NCBI RefSeq assembly: GCF_009914755.1
Contig: NC_060926.1
Source of the DNA: the human T2T-CHM13v2.0 reference genome, Homo sapiens
Length of the DNA stretch: 64,000 nucleotides
Reading direction: 5' to 3' (one strand)
Below, piece by piece: positions 20,084-32,921 of the stretch; position 1 is the first letter of the stretch; the number at the start of each line of letters is the position of its first letter. The notes under the pieces are model-generated. The model had not been told where the DNA came from and made no database searches. It saw only the letters and a list, made by a program, of their open reading frames with translations. Position numbers and translations under genes: made by a program.

Positions 20084-20464
20084 TGTAGTAGTCCATTCCC
20101 ATACTGCTATGAAAAAAAAAAAAATACCCAAAACTGGGTAATTTATAAAGAAAAGAGGTTTAATTGACTCACAGTTCTGCATGGCTGGGGAGGCCCCAGG
20201 TAACTGCTATCATGGCAGAAGGGGAAGCAAATATGTCCTTCTTCACATGCTGGCAAGAGAGAAGTGCTGAGGGAAAGGGTGAAAAGCCCCTTATAAAACC
20301 ATCAGATCTCAGGAGAATTCACTCACTATCACAAGAACAGCATGCGGGAACCGCCCCCATGATCTAATCACTTCCCAGGGGTCCTTCCCTCAACACATGG
20401 GAATTACAATTCAGATTACAATTCAAGATGAGATTTTGGGTGGAGACACAGCCAAACCATTTCA
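20084..20464 (-). mobile_element. THE1 (MaLR) solo LTR
   Basis: Reverse strand starts TGAAATGGTTTGGCTGTGTCTCCACCC; contains aaagaggtttaattgactcacagtt. 5-bp TSD GGATC/GGTTC. Confidence 0.92.
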
Positions 20465-20920
20465 GGTTCTACATATAAAGGCCATTCTCTTATAACTCAC
20501 CAGAGAGAGGATTTCACAGGGTTCTTTCTTTCTGTATGTAAATATATATATATATTTGGAGATGGGGTCTTACTCTGTTGCCCACAAAATCAGAGGGTTC
20601 TTTTTAATCATTAGCTTTACCCATCCATCTGGAAAAATAAAGCGGTGTAAAAGCCTACAAGCATCAGGAAGCAAAGAAGACTGGAAGTACAGGCTTAACT
20701 AAGTGTAGAACTTGGGAATATGGCATACCTGTGTACAAATCTGGCCAAGTGAAATAGGAAGGTGATCTGGCCAGGTGAAATATGAAGGTGATTTTCTAGA
20801 CGGACTGCTTAGTATATGAAACTTGTGTTTTTCATGATCATACTCAAAGGCTAATTTGCTTTTCATCTTCATTCCATTCTTTAATCAAGGCTGTGATTTA
20901 TTGACCCCTCTGTCATAAAT

Positions 20921-21274
20921 TGGGGAGAACATGTATATACATGTATGTAGCAACTTTAAAGGCTTTTCTTCAAAACAGAAAGCAATCATTTATTTTAATA
21001 GGGCATAATATATTCCTATTTTTTCAATAACATACCATAATGCAAAAATCTTAACAATAAATCAAATGCATATTTACGAAAATAACTATATGACAAAAAG
21101 GGAATGAAGCATGGAATGAAGCAGCAGCATGTTTATGTTCACAAGAATCATTCATATCTGTTAAAAAATATATGTAGCCTCACAGATGCTACTGTGTTTT
21201 GATACAAATTTGTGCTTTGTATTATTATACAGTACTTTTTTGTTTCTCCTCAATTTCCTTACCTTGTTTGCCAA
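20921..21274. repeat. Right arm of a long inverted repeat (partner 17612-17944)
   Basis: Reverse complement begins ttggcaaacaaggtaaggaaattgaggagaaacaaaaaagtactgta, as at 17612. Carries an extra ~19 bp that includes a local duplication (ggaatgaagc x2). Confidence 0.95.
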
Positions 21275-21745
21275 GAATGGGGTTCTTGGGGAGGCTAATA
21301 CTGAGATAGAATTAGGAGGGCAAGGGCTTTTTGGAGGCAGGAAATCTAATGCCCATGTAAGATAAAAGGGGAGGAAGCAGGATTGAACAGGGAAGGCTTC
21401 CAGAGCGGGATGTTGATCTGACACTTGTGAAAGGAAAGGGAACCAGAGGCAGAATTGAGGAGGGAGAGCTTCAGACATGATGCAGATCTGACAAAATCTC
21501 AGTGCCCACTCCCGACATTGGGGAGCTCCAGAGCAAAGCTTGCCTATTAGGAGAGACCCCAGCTATGTAGAAATAGTCACACCCTCTCCATGATCAACTG
21601 CCCAGGAAGAGTGTGGCCTTGGTGCACGCGCTGTGGTAGGACCCAGTGGTCCTGCCCCTAGTGGATGTCGACTTATTGCATTCCTTACAAGTAAAGGGCC
21701 GCTTCTTTCTTGATGGGATTACACCTCAGTGGCTGCAACACTACA
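21269..21745 (-). mobile_element. LTR16-like ERVL solo LTR
   Basis: ggggttcttggggaggctaatactgagat...ggaagcaggattg...gatgcagatctgaca motifs; ends ...ctaca (TG on the minus strand). Confidence 0.6.
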
Positions 21746-22147
21746 TTTTCAATCACAAAGTATCAAAATGGAAAGCCTGTAAAAGCGTTAGTTAAAATTA
21801 GTTGTTTATTGGAGGAGTCGAGAAGTTCACTAAAATAACAAAACCCTTGGACAGGCTGGCCTTAGTGAGTGTTGAGTGGCTTACGTTGTTTGGGAATATA
21901 TTTTTCATCTGTTAAATGTTGATAATGACATCCATCTTCCCTATCTACCTCACAAAGTTATAAAAAAAAGTAATGTCTAAGAAAGGCAAGAAAATCATGT
22001 GAGAGTCAATACAGTGTAATAGAAAAATCTCTGTGTCAAGGTGAAGGGAAGCAGGTAAGGCTGTCCCTCGTACTCATGGAGAAGGGAAATGATGGCTACA
22101 TTCAGAAAAAGTGCATAAAAGGACAATCATTTGAAATGCATTAAGGA

Positions 22148-22283
22148 GTCTGGGCGTGGCAGCTCACGCCTGTAACCCACCATTTTGGGAAGCTGAAGCA
22201 GGAGGATTGCTTGAGCCCAGGAGTTCAAGACCAGCCCAGGCAAAAAAGTGAGACCCCATCTCTATTTTAAAAATATAAAAATA
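22148..22283 (+). mobile_element. FLAM-type Alu monomer
   Basis: Single arm with ggaggattgcttgagcccaggagttcaagaccagc; flanked by aaatgcattaaggag and aaatgcatagggag. Confidence 0.85.
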
Positions 22284-22524
22284 AATGCATAGGGAGTAAC
22301 TATTTATATATTCCTGTGGCTAGTCTTACTACAACGCAAATAATCACACCTACCTGATCCTGGTATAAATCTTGAGTTCCACAGACAGGCCTGTTTAAAA
22401 CTAGGGGTATTACACATATTTACAATTAAAATGAAAAATATTAGCCGTTTGTTTTTGATTTCACAGAAAAAAAAAGGTAATATATAAAAAACTTTGAACC
22501 AAAACAAGTTTTATTTTAGATTAT

Positions 22525-22712
22525 AGATTGGCAACTTTTTCTGTAAAGAGCCAGAAAGCAAATATTTTAGGCTTTTATGAGCTCTGTGGGTCACATATGG
22601 TTCTCTGTTACATTTTCTTCTCTTTTTCTTTCCCTTTACAATTCTATAAAATGTAAAAATTATTCTTAGCTTTAGGGTGTATAAAAATAGGACCTAGACT
22701 GTGACCCCTACT
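22525..22712 (+). mobile_element. MER58-type hAT-Charlie MITE
   Basis: ttggcaactttttctgtaaagagccaga...aaatattttaggcttt ... gacccct. Confidence 0.7.
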
Positions 22713-22804
22713 ATAGATTTAGTTCTGCACAAACTCATTTTTGACTTCAACATAATTTCAGAAGTTGACAGAACCCTTAATTCTATATTGTATTTTTGAA
22801 AAAA

Positions 22805-23030
22805 GAGAATGGAATTTGGAAGTCATATCAGCCAGGATTCGAATCCTGCTTTCATCCTTTACAAGCTCTGTGACTTGGGCAAGTTATTTAACTGCTGGGA
22901 TGCTCAGCTTTCTTATATGTAAAATAAAACCAGTGCTACCAGGCTGGATGTGTTTGTCTAGATTTAATGAAATAATTTGAGAAAGGTACTTTGCCCAGTG
23001 ATTATTAGATAATAGAACCTCAAAAGATAT
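22805..23030 (+). mobile_element. MIR
   Basis: ggattcgaatcctgct...tgtgacttgggcaagttatttaac...ctcagctttcttatatgtaaaat. Confidence 0.75.
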
Positions 23031-23705
23031 TACTTCATTTCTTCCCTTCCTTTACTTATTTGATGGTATTTTCTAGCCTTCCCTCCCCCACATCTCCTTT
23101 GTTCTAGCAAAATTCTAGACTGTCTTTCTCTACTGAGTTATCTTAGTAGAACTCTCAGTGTGACCTAATTGTAGTCTGTAGGGGTGGATAGAAAACTTCT
23201 CTTCCACGCTTCTCTGAAGGGTCACTGGAATGAGCTGACAGTATAGTAACAGGAAAAAAAAAAAAGGCCTACAAATTTATTATGTACATGGACACGGGAG
23301 TCCTGAAAATATGAGACTCAAAGAAGGTCCAGATGGTTGAGGCTTAAATACCCTCTTCATATGGAAGAGGGAAGTGGGGAAGTATATGCAATTTTAGAAG
23401 CAAATGACTTTTAGGGGAAGTGAATGAGCCCAAACAACAGACTACTGGCCTCGGACAAAGTTGTTCTGAGCTCTGGGGGACATTGCAGCACATTGTGGGA
23501 AGCTGAAGGGTGGAACTTCATTATGAACACAAGTTGTCTTAATATGTAGATAAAGTCTTTTAGGTAATCTCTTGGAACTGCCCTCAGAAGAATAAAAGCC
23601 TGTCTGGGTGTGGTTATGACTTTTAGTCTTTTCTTTGGTGACTAATCTTTCCTGGTTATTTGATGAGATTCCTGGGGAAGGAGTTTTAAGACAATTGCAT
23701 TTCTA

Positions 23706-24007
23706 GGCCAGGCACAGTGGCTCACGCCTGTAATCCCAGCACTTTGGGAGGCCAAGGGAGGCAGATCATGAGGTCAGGAGTTCCAGACTAGCCTGGCCAA
23801 CATGGTGAAACCCCGTCTCTACTAAAAATACAAAAATTAGCTGGGCGTGGTGGCACACGGCTGTAATCCCAGCTACTCAGGAGGCTGCGGCAGGAGACTC
23901 ACATGAACCCGGGAGGCGGAGGTTGCAGTGAGCTGAGACTGTGCCACTGCACCACTCCTACCTGGGCAACAGGAGCGAAACTCCGTCTCAAAAAAAAAAA
24001 AAAAAAA
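23706..24007 (+). mobile_element. AluS, full length
   Basis: Dimer with A-tail. TSD AAGACAATTGCATTTCT (23688-23704) and AAGACAGTTGCGTTTCT (24006-24022). Confidence 0.93.
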
Positions 24008-24108
24008 GACAGTTGCGTTTCTTCTGGAAGAACTTCCCTTAATCAGATGATGGAACTTCAGAGAGAGCCCCTCCTGCTGCTTCTGGAAAGAAAGAGGACC
24101 ATAGAGAC

Positions 24109-24537
24109 TTTCATGCGGGTCCGTGTGAAGAGACCACCAAACAGGCTTTGTGTGAGCAATATGGCTGTTTATTTCACCTGGGTGCAGGTGGGCTGAGTCC
24201 AAAAAGAGAGTCAGCGAAGGGAGATAGGGGTGGGACCGTTTTATAGGATTTGGGAAGGTAATGGAAAATTACAGTCAAAGGGGGTTGTTCTCTGGTGGGC
24301 AGGGGCGGGGTCACAAGGTGCTCAGTGGGGGAGCTTCTGAGCCAGGAGAAGGAAATTCACACGGTTAATCACTTAGTTAAGGTGGGGCAGGAACAAATCA
24401 CAATGGTGGAATGTCATCAGTTAAGGCGGGGCAGGGCCTTTTCACTTTTGTGATTCTTCAGTTACTTAGGCCATCTGGGCGTATACCTGCAACTCACAGG
24501 GGATGCGACGGCTTGGCTTGGGCTCAGAGGCCTGACA
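24109..24537 (-). terminator. HERV-H 3' LTR with poly(A) signal
   Basis: TGTCAGGCCTCTGAGCCC...CATGAAA. AATAAA on the minus strand at 24173-24168; preceded by PPT AATATAAGGAAGCAGGAA (24555-24538). Confidence 0.9.
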
Positions 24538-26702
24538 TTCCTGCTTCCTTATATTAATAAGAAAAATAAAACAAAATAGTGTTGAAGTGTTGGGGCGGCG
24601 AAAATTTTTGGGGGTGGTATGGAGAGAGAATGGGCGATGTTTCTCAGGGCTGCTTCAACAGGATTAGGGGCAGTGTGGGAACCTAGAGTGGGAGAGATTA
24701 AGCTGAAGGGAGGTCTTGTGGTAAGGGGTGATATTGTGGGGTTGTTAGAAGAAACATTTGTCATATAGAATGATTGGTGATGGCCTGGATACGGTTTTGT
24801 ATGAATTGAAAAACTAAATGGAATAAGAGAAGGAGAAAAACAGGTATAAAAAGTCTAAGAATTGGGAGAGCTAGGACATCTGATTAGAGAGTGCCTAAGG
24901 AGATTCACCATAGTCCTGCCAGCAAAGATTATTTATTTACTTCAAGAGTTTAGAGTGGCAGTTTGGGGATAGCACCAGGAGATACCAGCTGTGATGGCTT
25001 GGAGAAACAGTGTAAACCAGCAGTGTAAACAAGAGCAGGGCATGTATGAGTAGTTGAGAATGGTGAATAGGAGTATGACTAGACAAAAGATAGTAGGGAT
25101 GACAAGTTTTTTTGGGGCACAGTCTAAGTTGGTCTGGTGTCCAATGAGACTGGGGCCTAATAAAAAGGAGCGTCTATACAGGAGCTTAAATGGGCTGTAC
25201 CTTGTAGCATTCTGAGGACAGGCCTGAATTCTGAGAAGCGAAAGTGGTAAAAGTATTGTCCAGTCCTTTTTAAGTTGGTGGCTGAGCTTGGTGAGGTGTG
25301 TTTTTAAAAGACCTTTAGTCCGTTCTACTTTTCTTGAAGACGGAGGACCATAAGGGATATAAAGGTTTCACTGAATACTGAGAGCCTGAAAAACTGCTTG
25401 GCTGATTTGACTAATAAAGGCTGGTCTGTTATCAGACTGTATAGAGGTGGGAAGGCTAAACTGAGGAATTATGTCTGACAGAAGGGAAGAAATGACTGTG
25501 GTGGCCTTCTCAGACCCTGTAGGAAAGGCCATTACTTATTCAGTGAAAGCGTCTATTTAGACTAAGAGCTATTTTAGTTTCCTGACTCGGGACATGTTGA
25601 GTAAAGCTAATTTGCCCGTCCTGGGTGGGGGCAAATCCTGGAGCTTGATGTGTAGGGAAGGGAGGGGGCCTGAATAATCCCTGAGGAGTAGTAGAATAGC
25701 AGATGGAACACTGAGAAGTTATTTCCTTGAGGATAGATTTCCACGATGGAAAGGAAATGAGAGGTTCTGAGAGGCGGGCTAGTGGCTCGTACTATAGCAT
25801 AGCCTGCCTTTGCTGGTGTGTGGCGATTAGGCCTGGTGGAACTGCCATCAATAAACCAAGTGTGTTCAGGGTGAGGGACAGGAAAGAAGGAAATATGGGG
25901 AAATGGGGTGAATATCAGGTGGATCAGAGAGATACAGTCATGGGGGTCAGGTGTGGTATCAGGAATAATGTGGGAGGCCAGATTGAAGTCCGGGCCAGAA
26001 ACAATGGTAGTTGTGGGACTTAAAGAGTGAGTTCAGCTGAAGGAGCTGGGGAGCAGAAAGTATATGCGTCAGGTATGAGGAAGAAAATAGATTTTGGAAG
26101 TTACGAGAAATGTAGAGAGTGAGTTGAGCATAGTTTGTGATTTTTTAGGGCCTCTAACAGTATTAAAGCAGCGGCAGCCGCTGCATGCAGACATGAGGGC
26201 TAGGCTAAGACAGTAAGGTCAATTTGGACAGAAAGGCTACACGGTGTGGTCCTGGCTCTTGTGTAAGAATTCTGACCACACTAACCATGCCTAGGAAGGA
26301 AAGGAGTTGTTGTTTTGTAAGGGATTGAGGTTTTGGAGATTAATTGGACATGATCAGCAGGGAGAGCACCTGTGTTTTTATGAGAATTATGCCAAGATAG
26401 GTAACAGATGAGGATGAAATTTGGGCTTGACTGAAGTAACGGGGGCTGTCTGTGAAGCCTTGCGGCAGTACAGCCCAGGTAATTTGCTGAGCCTAATGTG
26501 TGTCAGGGTCAGTCTAAGTGAAGGCAAAGAGAGGCTGGGATGAAGGGTGCAAAGGAATAGTAAAGAAAGCATGTTTGAGATCCAGAACAGAATAATGGAT
26601 TGTAGACGGAGGTTTTGAGGATAGGAGAGTATATGGGTTTGGCACCACGGGGTGGATAGGCAAAACAATTTGGTTGATAAGGCGCAGATTCTGAACTAAC
26701 TT

Positions 26703-27284
26703 TTAAGCCTTGTCTGGTTTTAGGACAGGTAAAATGGGGGAATGGTAAGGAGAGTTTATAGGTTTTAGAAGCCCATGCTGTAGCAGGCGAGTGATAACAG
26801 GCTTTAATCCTTTTAAAGCATGCTGTGGGATGGGATATTGGCATTGAGTGGGGTGAGGGTGATTAGGTTTTAATGAGATGGTAAGGGGTGCGTGATCGGT
26901 CGCCAAGGAGGGAGTAGAGGTATCTTATACTTGTGGGTTAAGGTGGGGGAATACAAAAGGAGGACGCAAAGGAGGCTTTGGATTGGGAAGAACGGCAGCA
27001 ATGAGATGCGGCTATAGTCCGGGAATAGTCAGGGAAGCAGATAATTTGGTTAAAATATCTCGGCCTAATAAGGGAACTGGGCAGGTGGGGATAACTAAAA
27101 AAGAGTGCTTAAAAGAGTATTGTCTAAGTTGGCACCAGAGTTGGGGAGTTTTAAGAGGTTTAGAAGCCTGGCTGTCAATACCCACAACAGTTATGGAGGC
27201 AAGGGAAACAGGCCCTTGAAAAGAAGGTAATGTGGAGTGGGTAGCCTTCGTATTGATTAAGAAGGGGACGGACTTACCCTCCAC
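26703..27284 (-). pseudogene. pro-pol: HERV-H protease and RT N-terminus remnants
   Basis: FLINTKATHS (DTGA motif lost), PVPLLGRDILTKL, QYPIPQHALKGLKPVI...SPYHSPILPVLKP; fragmented frames. Confidence 0.88.
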
Positions 27285-27364
27285 TCTGAGAGTTACCTAA
27301 AGCTCAGCATCCGTGATGGTCTATGGGGCTTCCGAGGCAATCAGACAGCATCAGTCTTCAGCCG

Positions 27365-27670
27365 CTAAGCCAAGAAGGAGTCAGTCAGAGAGCCTTGGGC
27401 CAGAGTTCCAGGGGCTCTGGGAGTGGCTGCCAGGTGAGTTGAACAGTCCGATTTCCCATGGGGTCCCGCACAGATGGGACACGGCTTAGGAGGAATCCTG
27501 GGCTGCAGGCATTCCTTGGCCTGGTGGCCAGATTTCTGGCACTTGTAGCAAGCTCCTGGGGGAGGAGGTTCTGGAGGAACGCCTGGCTGCTGCGGTTCAG
27601 GCGTTTGGAAGTTCTTGTGTGCTGGAGATGTGGCTGGGGTTTGTCTCACAGTGGAGGCAAGGAGTTGCAA
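27365..27670 (-). pseudogene. gag: HERV-H gag nucleocapsid remnant
   Basis: CYKCQKSGHQAKEC and CPICAGPHGKSDC are two CCHC zinc knuckles; no long gag ORF. Confidence 0.88.
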
Positions 27671-29350
27671 CTTTTTTTTTATTATTGTACACCTTGAAGG
27701 TAAGGTTAAGTCCTGTTGTGGGGTTTAAGGGCCAGATTCTAATTTTTGGAGTTTTATTTAATGTCGGGAGCAGATTGGGTAATAAAATGTATATTGAGAA
27801 TAAGATGGCCTTTTGACCTTTTAGGGTCTAGGGCTGTAAAGCATCTCAGGGTTGCTGCCACACAAGCCATGAACTGGGCTGGGTTTTTATATTTGATGAA
27901 AAAGAGCCTAAACGCTTCTGATTTGGGATAAAGAAAAATGAGCATTAACCTTGACTATGCCTTTGGCTCCAGTCACCTTTTTAAGAGTAAATTGCTGGGC
28001 AGGTTGGGGAGGGCTAGTCACAGAAGGAAACTGTAAGCCGGACCAGGTGTGAGGAGGGGAGGCGATAAAAAGATTACAGGGTGGAGGAGCAGAGGCTGAG
28101 GAAGAATTGGGACCTAGCTTGGCCTGGTGAGGAGGGGAGAGGTCACATGGGTCTATAGAAAAGGAAGATTAGAAAGACTCAGCGACGCTTGGGGTTGGGA
28201 CTGAGGGGACAGGCGGGAGGGAAAGAAGGAAGATTTGGGATGAGTTGCACTGGGCACAGAGACTAGGAAGGGACTGATGTGTAAAAGAATGCCTGGACGT
28301 CAGGCACCTCAGACCATTTGCCCCTTTTACGACAAGAATTATTTAGATCTTGTAGGATGGAAAAATTGAAAGTGCCATTTTCCGGTGTTTGGAACTACTG
28401 TCAAGTTTGTATTGGGGTCAAGCGGCATTGCAGAAGAAAATAAGACGCTTAGATTTTAGGTCAGTGAAAGTTGGAGAGGTTTTAAGTTCTTAAGAATATA
28501 GGCTAAGGGAGAAGGAGGAGGAATGTAAGGTGGAATCTTGCCCATAGTGAAGGAGGCAAGCCCAGAGAAAAGAGTAGAGACACAGAGAAGGGGTAGGGGT
28601 TCCTTGCCCTCCAGAAAAGCAGAGAAAGGGTTGGGGCATGGAAATAAGGAATTGGGGCACAGAGATAAGAGGTTGGGGAGCGGAAATAAGGGATTGGGGG
28701 TTCTTGCCCCCTAGAAAAGTGGGACTTGCTGCTAAGGGTGAAGGAGAAGGGGTTGAGGGGTACTTGCCCCTCCCCCAGAAAAGTGGGACTTGCCACTAAG
28801 GGTGAAGGAGAAGGGGTTGAGGGGTTCTTGCCCCTCCCCCAGAAAAGCAGAGAAGGGGTAGAGACAAGGAGAGAAGGGGTTGGGGTACTTGCCCCTTCCC
28901 CAGAAAAGCGGGACTTGCCGCTAAGGGTGAAGGACCAAGGCAGGTGTCCCTGCGTGGTCTGACACCTTTGAAACGTGGGTGAATAATCAGAGAGGTGTCC
29001 CTGCAATGATTAAACATCAAGGGAAGGCTGCCGTCCCAGTCCGTGACCGGCACCGGAGTTTTGGGTCCATGGATAAAACGTGTCTCCTTTGTCTCTACCA
29101 GAAAATGAAAGGAATTGAAATTAAGAGAAGGGAGAGATTGAAGTGTGGTGCCAAGATTGAAAGGAGAAAGAGGTTGAGGGATAGTGAGGGAAGCTGGAGA
29201 AGATAGTAAAAAGAGGCCGCTTACCGGATTTGAAATTGGTGAGATGTTTCTTGGGCTGGTCAGTCTGAGGACCTGAGGTCGTAGGTGGATCTTTCTCATG
29301 GAGCAAAGAGCAGGAGGACAGGGGATTGATCTCCCAAGGGAGGTCCCCCG

Positions 29351-29368
29351 ATCCGAGTCATGGCACCA
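29351..29368 (-). other. Primer-binding site complementary to tRNA-His
   Basis: TGGTGCCATGACTCGGAT versus TGGTGCCGTGACTCGGAT (one CpG-type change), just 3' of the 5' LTR. Confidence 0.92.
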
Positions 29369-29370
29369 AA

Positions 29371-29803
29371 TTTCATGTGTGTCCGTGTGAAGAGACTACC
29401 AAACAGGCTTTGTGTGAGCAGCATGGCTGTTTATTTCACCTGGGTGCAGGCGGTTGAGTCCGAAAAGAGAGTCAGCGAAGGGAGATAGGGGTGGGGCCGT
29501 TTTATAGGATTTGGGAAGGTAATGGAAAATTACAGTCAAAGGAGGTTGTTCTCTGGTGGGCAGGGGCGGGGGTCACAAGGTGCTCAGTGGGGTAGCTTCT
29601 GAGCCAGGAGAAGGAAATTCACAGGGTTAATCACTCAGTTAAGGTGGGGCAGGAACAAATCACAGTGGTGGAATGTCATCAGTTAAGGCGGGGCAGGGCC
29701 TTTTCACTTCTTTTGTGATTCTTCAGTTACTTCAGGCCATCTGGGCATATATGTGCAAGTCACAGGGGATGCGATGGCTTGGCTTGGGCTCAGAGGCCTA
29801 ACA
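29371..29803 (-). promoter_or_regulatory. HERV-H 5' LTR (LTR7 family, LTR7B-like)
   Basis: Starts TGTTAGGCCTCTGAGCCCAAGCC. TATAAAA at 29506-29500 is followed by a GGCCCCACCCC GC/GT box. Contains the TTAACCCTGTGAATTTCCTTCTCCTGGCTCAGAAGC block, which I recall from LTR7B rather than type I LTR7. Confidence 0.9.
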
Positions 29804-29888
29804 GAGACAGCGAGCAGAAGTACAGAGAGAGATCTTGGTTCTGAGGCTTATTTCTGAGGCCTTTCAGTTTCCTTTAATTTAAAGTTCT

Positions 29889-30172
<284 letters not shown>

Positions 30173-30842
30173 TTAGCATGCCAAAGTGCTGTAATTTGGA
30201 ATATTATTTTCTGAGCCCCAACAGGTCAAATTAATTTGTCAACATTTTGATTACTCGGGACAGATTAGTGACTTGACTTCTTCTTATGTATAGTTTCTAC
30301 TCACCAAAGGCAGTCATTCCTAGATCTCTTTGGTAGTGCCCCATAATCTATATTTTAAAAATATATTAATATATACTAGTAACAAAACTTCCATGAGAAT
30401 CTTAGAGAATATTTCGTAGAATTTTCTACAGGATATTTATATTATTTTATATTTATATTTATATTTGTATAAATATTTTGAACCGTATGCTAAGCTAGTG
30501 GATAAAAGTCCAAACTAGGAAAAAAAGGTTTATATGAAGGTTGAGGGTGGGGATGGATGGTTGTTCATTTTGCTAAAGGAGTCTCAACTCTGCTGTTTTC
30601 TTCAATAGCTTTTCGTGATTATTTGAATCCTACCTGTAACTTCCTATGAAGACCTCCAAGAACATTTCTCATTGGTTGGAAAACAGCAAGTGTTGTTGGA
30701 GAGATTTCTTTCTTAGAGTGCATGCTCCTCAAGGTTGCACCCATGCATGTTGTAAAATGTTTTTAGGTCTGAAATACTCATGGACTGAAACAGTCAGTAA
30801 ATAGCTAATGTATGTCTACTTTGTATTGTTAGCTTTTTGTCT

Positions 30843-31242
<400 letters not shown>

Positions 31243-31253
31243 TAGCTTAGTGA

Positions 31254-31713
31254 TGACAAAGACAGCCTTAATATTCCCCTTAGCTTGACACAACTTGACA
31301 GTCTTCTTCCTGACTGTAGGCCCCTGACGTCTCTTTTCTTAGAGCATTAACTTAAGAATACTTGAAATTAAAAATTCTTTTCTTTCCCTTTGAGATACAA
31401 GTTTTCTATCAGCCACCTGCCAGTTGTATAACCCAAGATGGTCATTCCTTTGCAGGATATTAGTCATTGTGGGAGGTAGGAGCCTTAGTACCAATTAGCA
31501 AACATAGATGGCGTGATCACATTGACCAGCCTTGCTGTAACATCCTCTGGTACTTTTCTACTGTCTCACCCCAGTGCTTTAAAACTCCCACCTTTTGTTT
31601 CACTGAAGTTTAGTTCAAACTCTCATCTATATTGCACTCGCCTCTCTCCTATTGCAGTAGTCTCGAATAAAGTCTTATGTTTTTAACTTGACTGGTACTA
31701 TTGCCCTTTGACA
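31254..31713 (+). mobile_element. MER4-group ERV1 solo LTR (MER90/MER67-like) inserted in a MIR
   Basis: TG...CA ends, perfect 4-bp TSD GTGA, AATAAA near 31667. The flanks rejoin into a MIR 5' end (tagcttagtga|ttgagagtaaaagctctagagtcaga). Confidence 0.75.
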
Positions 31714-32921
31714 GTGATTGAGAGTAAAAGCTCTAGAGTCAGAATTGCCATAGATTCCTGACTTCATTTTACTACACAAGCCACATAACCTCACTAAACT
31801 TCAGTTTCCAGATGAATAAAATGGAGATAAGGGGACTTACAGCATCAGCGGATGTAAGGCACTTAGCATACTGCTTGGTGCATAGTAGGCACCTCATAAA
31901 ATTTAAGTCTTATTTCTTTGTGCTAGTGAGTACATAAAACAGCTTCTTGATAGCTCTTTTTTAAAATAGTAAACTATTATATTAAAATACAATTCCATTT
32001 GTGTAATTATCAGTATGTTCATTTTTCTGATATCTGCTTTGTAATGTGAAGCCTGTTTAGTTCTTGAAATAAAGACAAAAATGCATCAGACACAGTGAAA
32101 GCAAGCAACCTGTTCCATATCTGATCCTGATATGTCTAGTTAAGTTAGGGCAGAGAGATCAATTACTTCTGAGGCCATGTTAAGAAACAGCATCTGTGGG
32201 AAAGAGAGACAAACTGAAATATTTGTTTTCAGACAGCCTTGCAAGTTACTCCAACAAATGAAGAAAACTCTGTGCTGTTTATATTTTAAAGTTTAAAATA
32301 TCTCTTACTGAGCCTATCCTAAAACCAAAAACTTAAACTAAAATTCAAATGCAGAATTTCCTCTTAATAGATACATTTTAAAGTGCAGATTGTATGGTAA
32401 ATACTCTATTGTCTTGAAGCTGCATTATGAAATACTGCCTAAATCCCTTAATTTTAAAGAAATGTGTATGAAATGATACATTTTCCAAGTTGAAACTGCT
32501 TTCTTTTTCTGGGGAGGGGGAATGGTAACCACAGTTGGGAACTACTATTTTCTGACTACATGTCACAGTAAATGTCTAGTCAAAACACTTCTCCATTCAG
32601 TATATGGTCTGTCTGTAAAACTACTTCTCCCCCTTCCTTTTCTCTCCAAAAGTAATCTGAGGTAAATTCACTTGAATTGCTATCTGACTTTTAACAATCT
32701 GTATTCTGTTTGGAGACCCTGCTTGCAATTCTAACTGACTTAGAAAGGTAACAGTGATAATATGGATTCATATGAAAGGTCAAAAGTTCTGCATTGATGT
32801 TCCATTCATAAATACAGATAAAATAGTGGTGTTTCTTGTGTTTTGGTTGAGTCATTACCTCTTACAGTCTCTTCACTATCATTATGTTTCCTGTTAAAGG
32901 AGACTCATAACATTAGGTTTA

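Larger units (their letters stand above)
24109..29803 (-). mobile_element. HERV-H provirus, 5695 bp, common pol/env-deleted form, antisense to VRK2
   Basis: Two LTR7-family LTRs, perfect 5-bp TSD GAGAC (24104-24108 and 29804-29808), tRNA-His PBS, PPT, and gag/pro/pol remnants. Confidence 0.97.

Noticed and set aside
28503-29306. 167-aa ORFs and direct repeats in the HERV-H leader
   Set aside because: This is the usual pyrimidine-rich repeated pre-gag region of HERV-H, with no recognisable protein domain.
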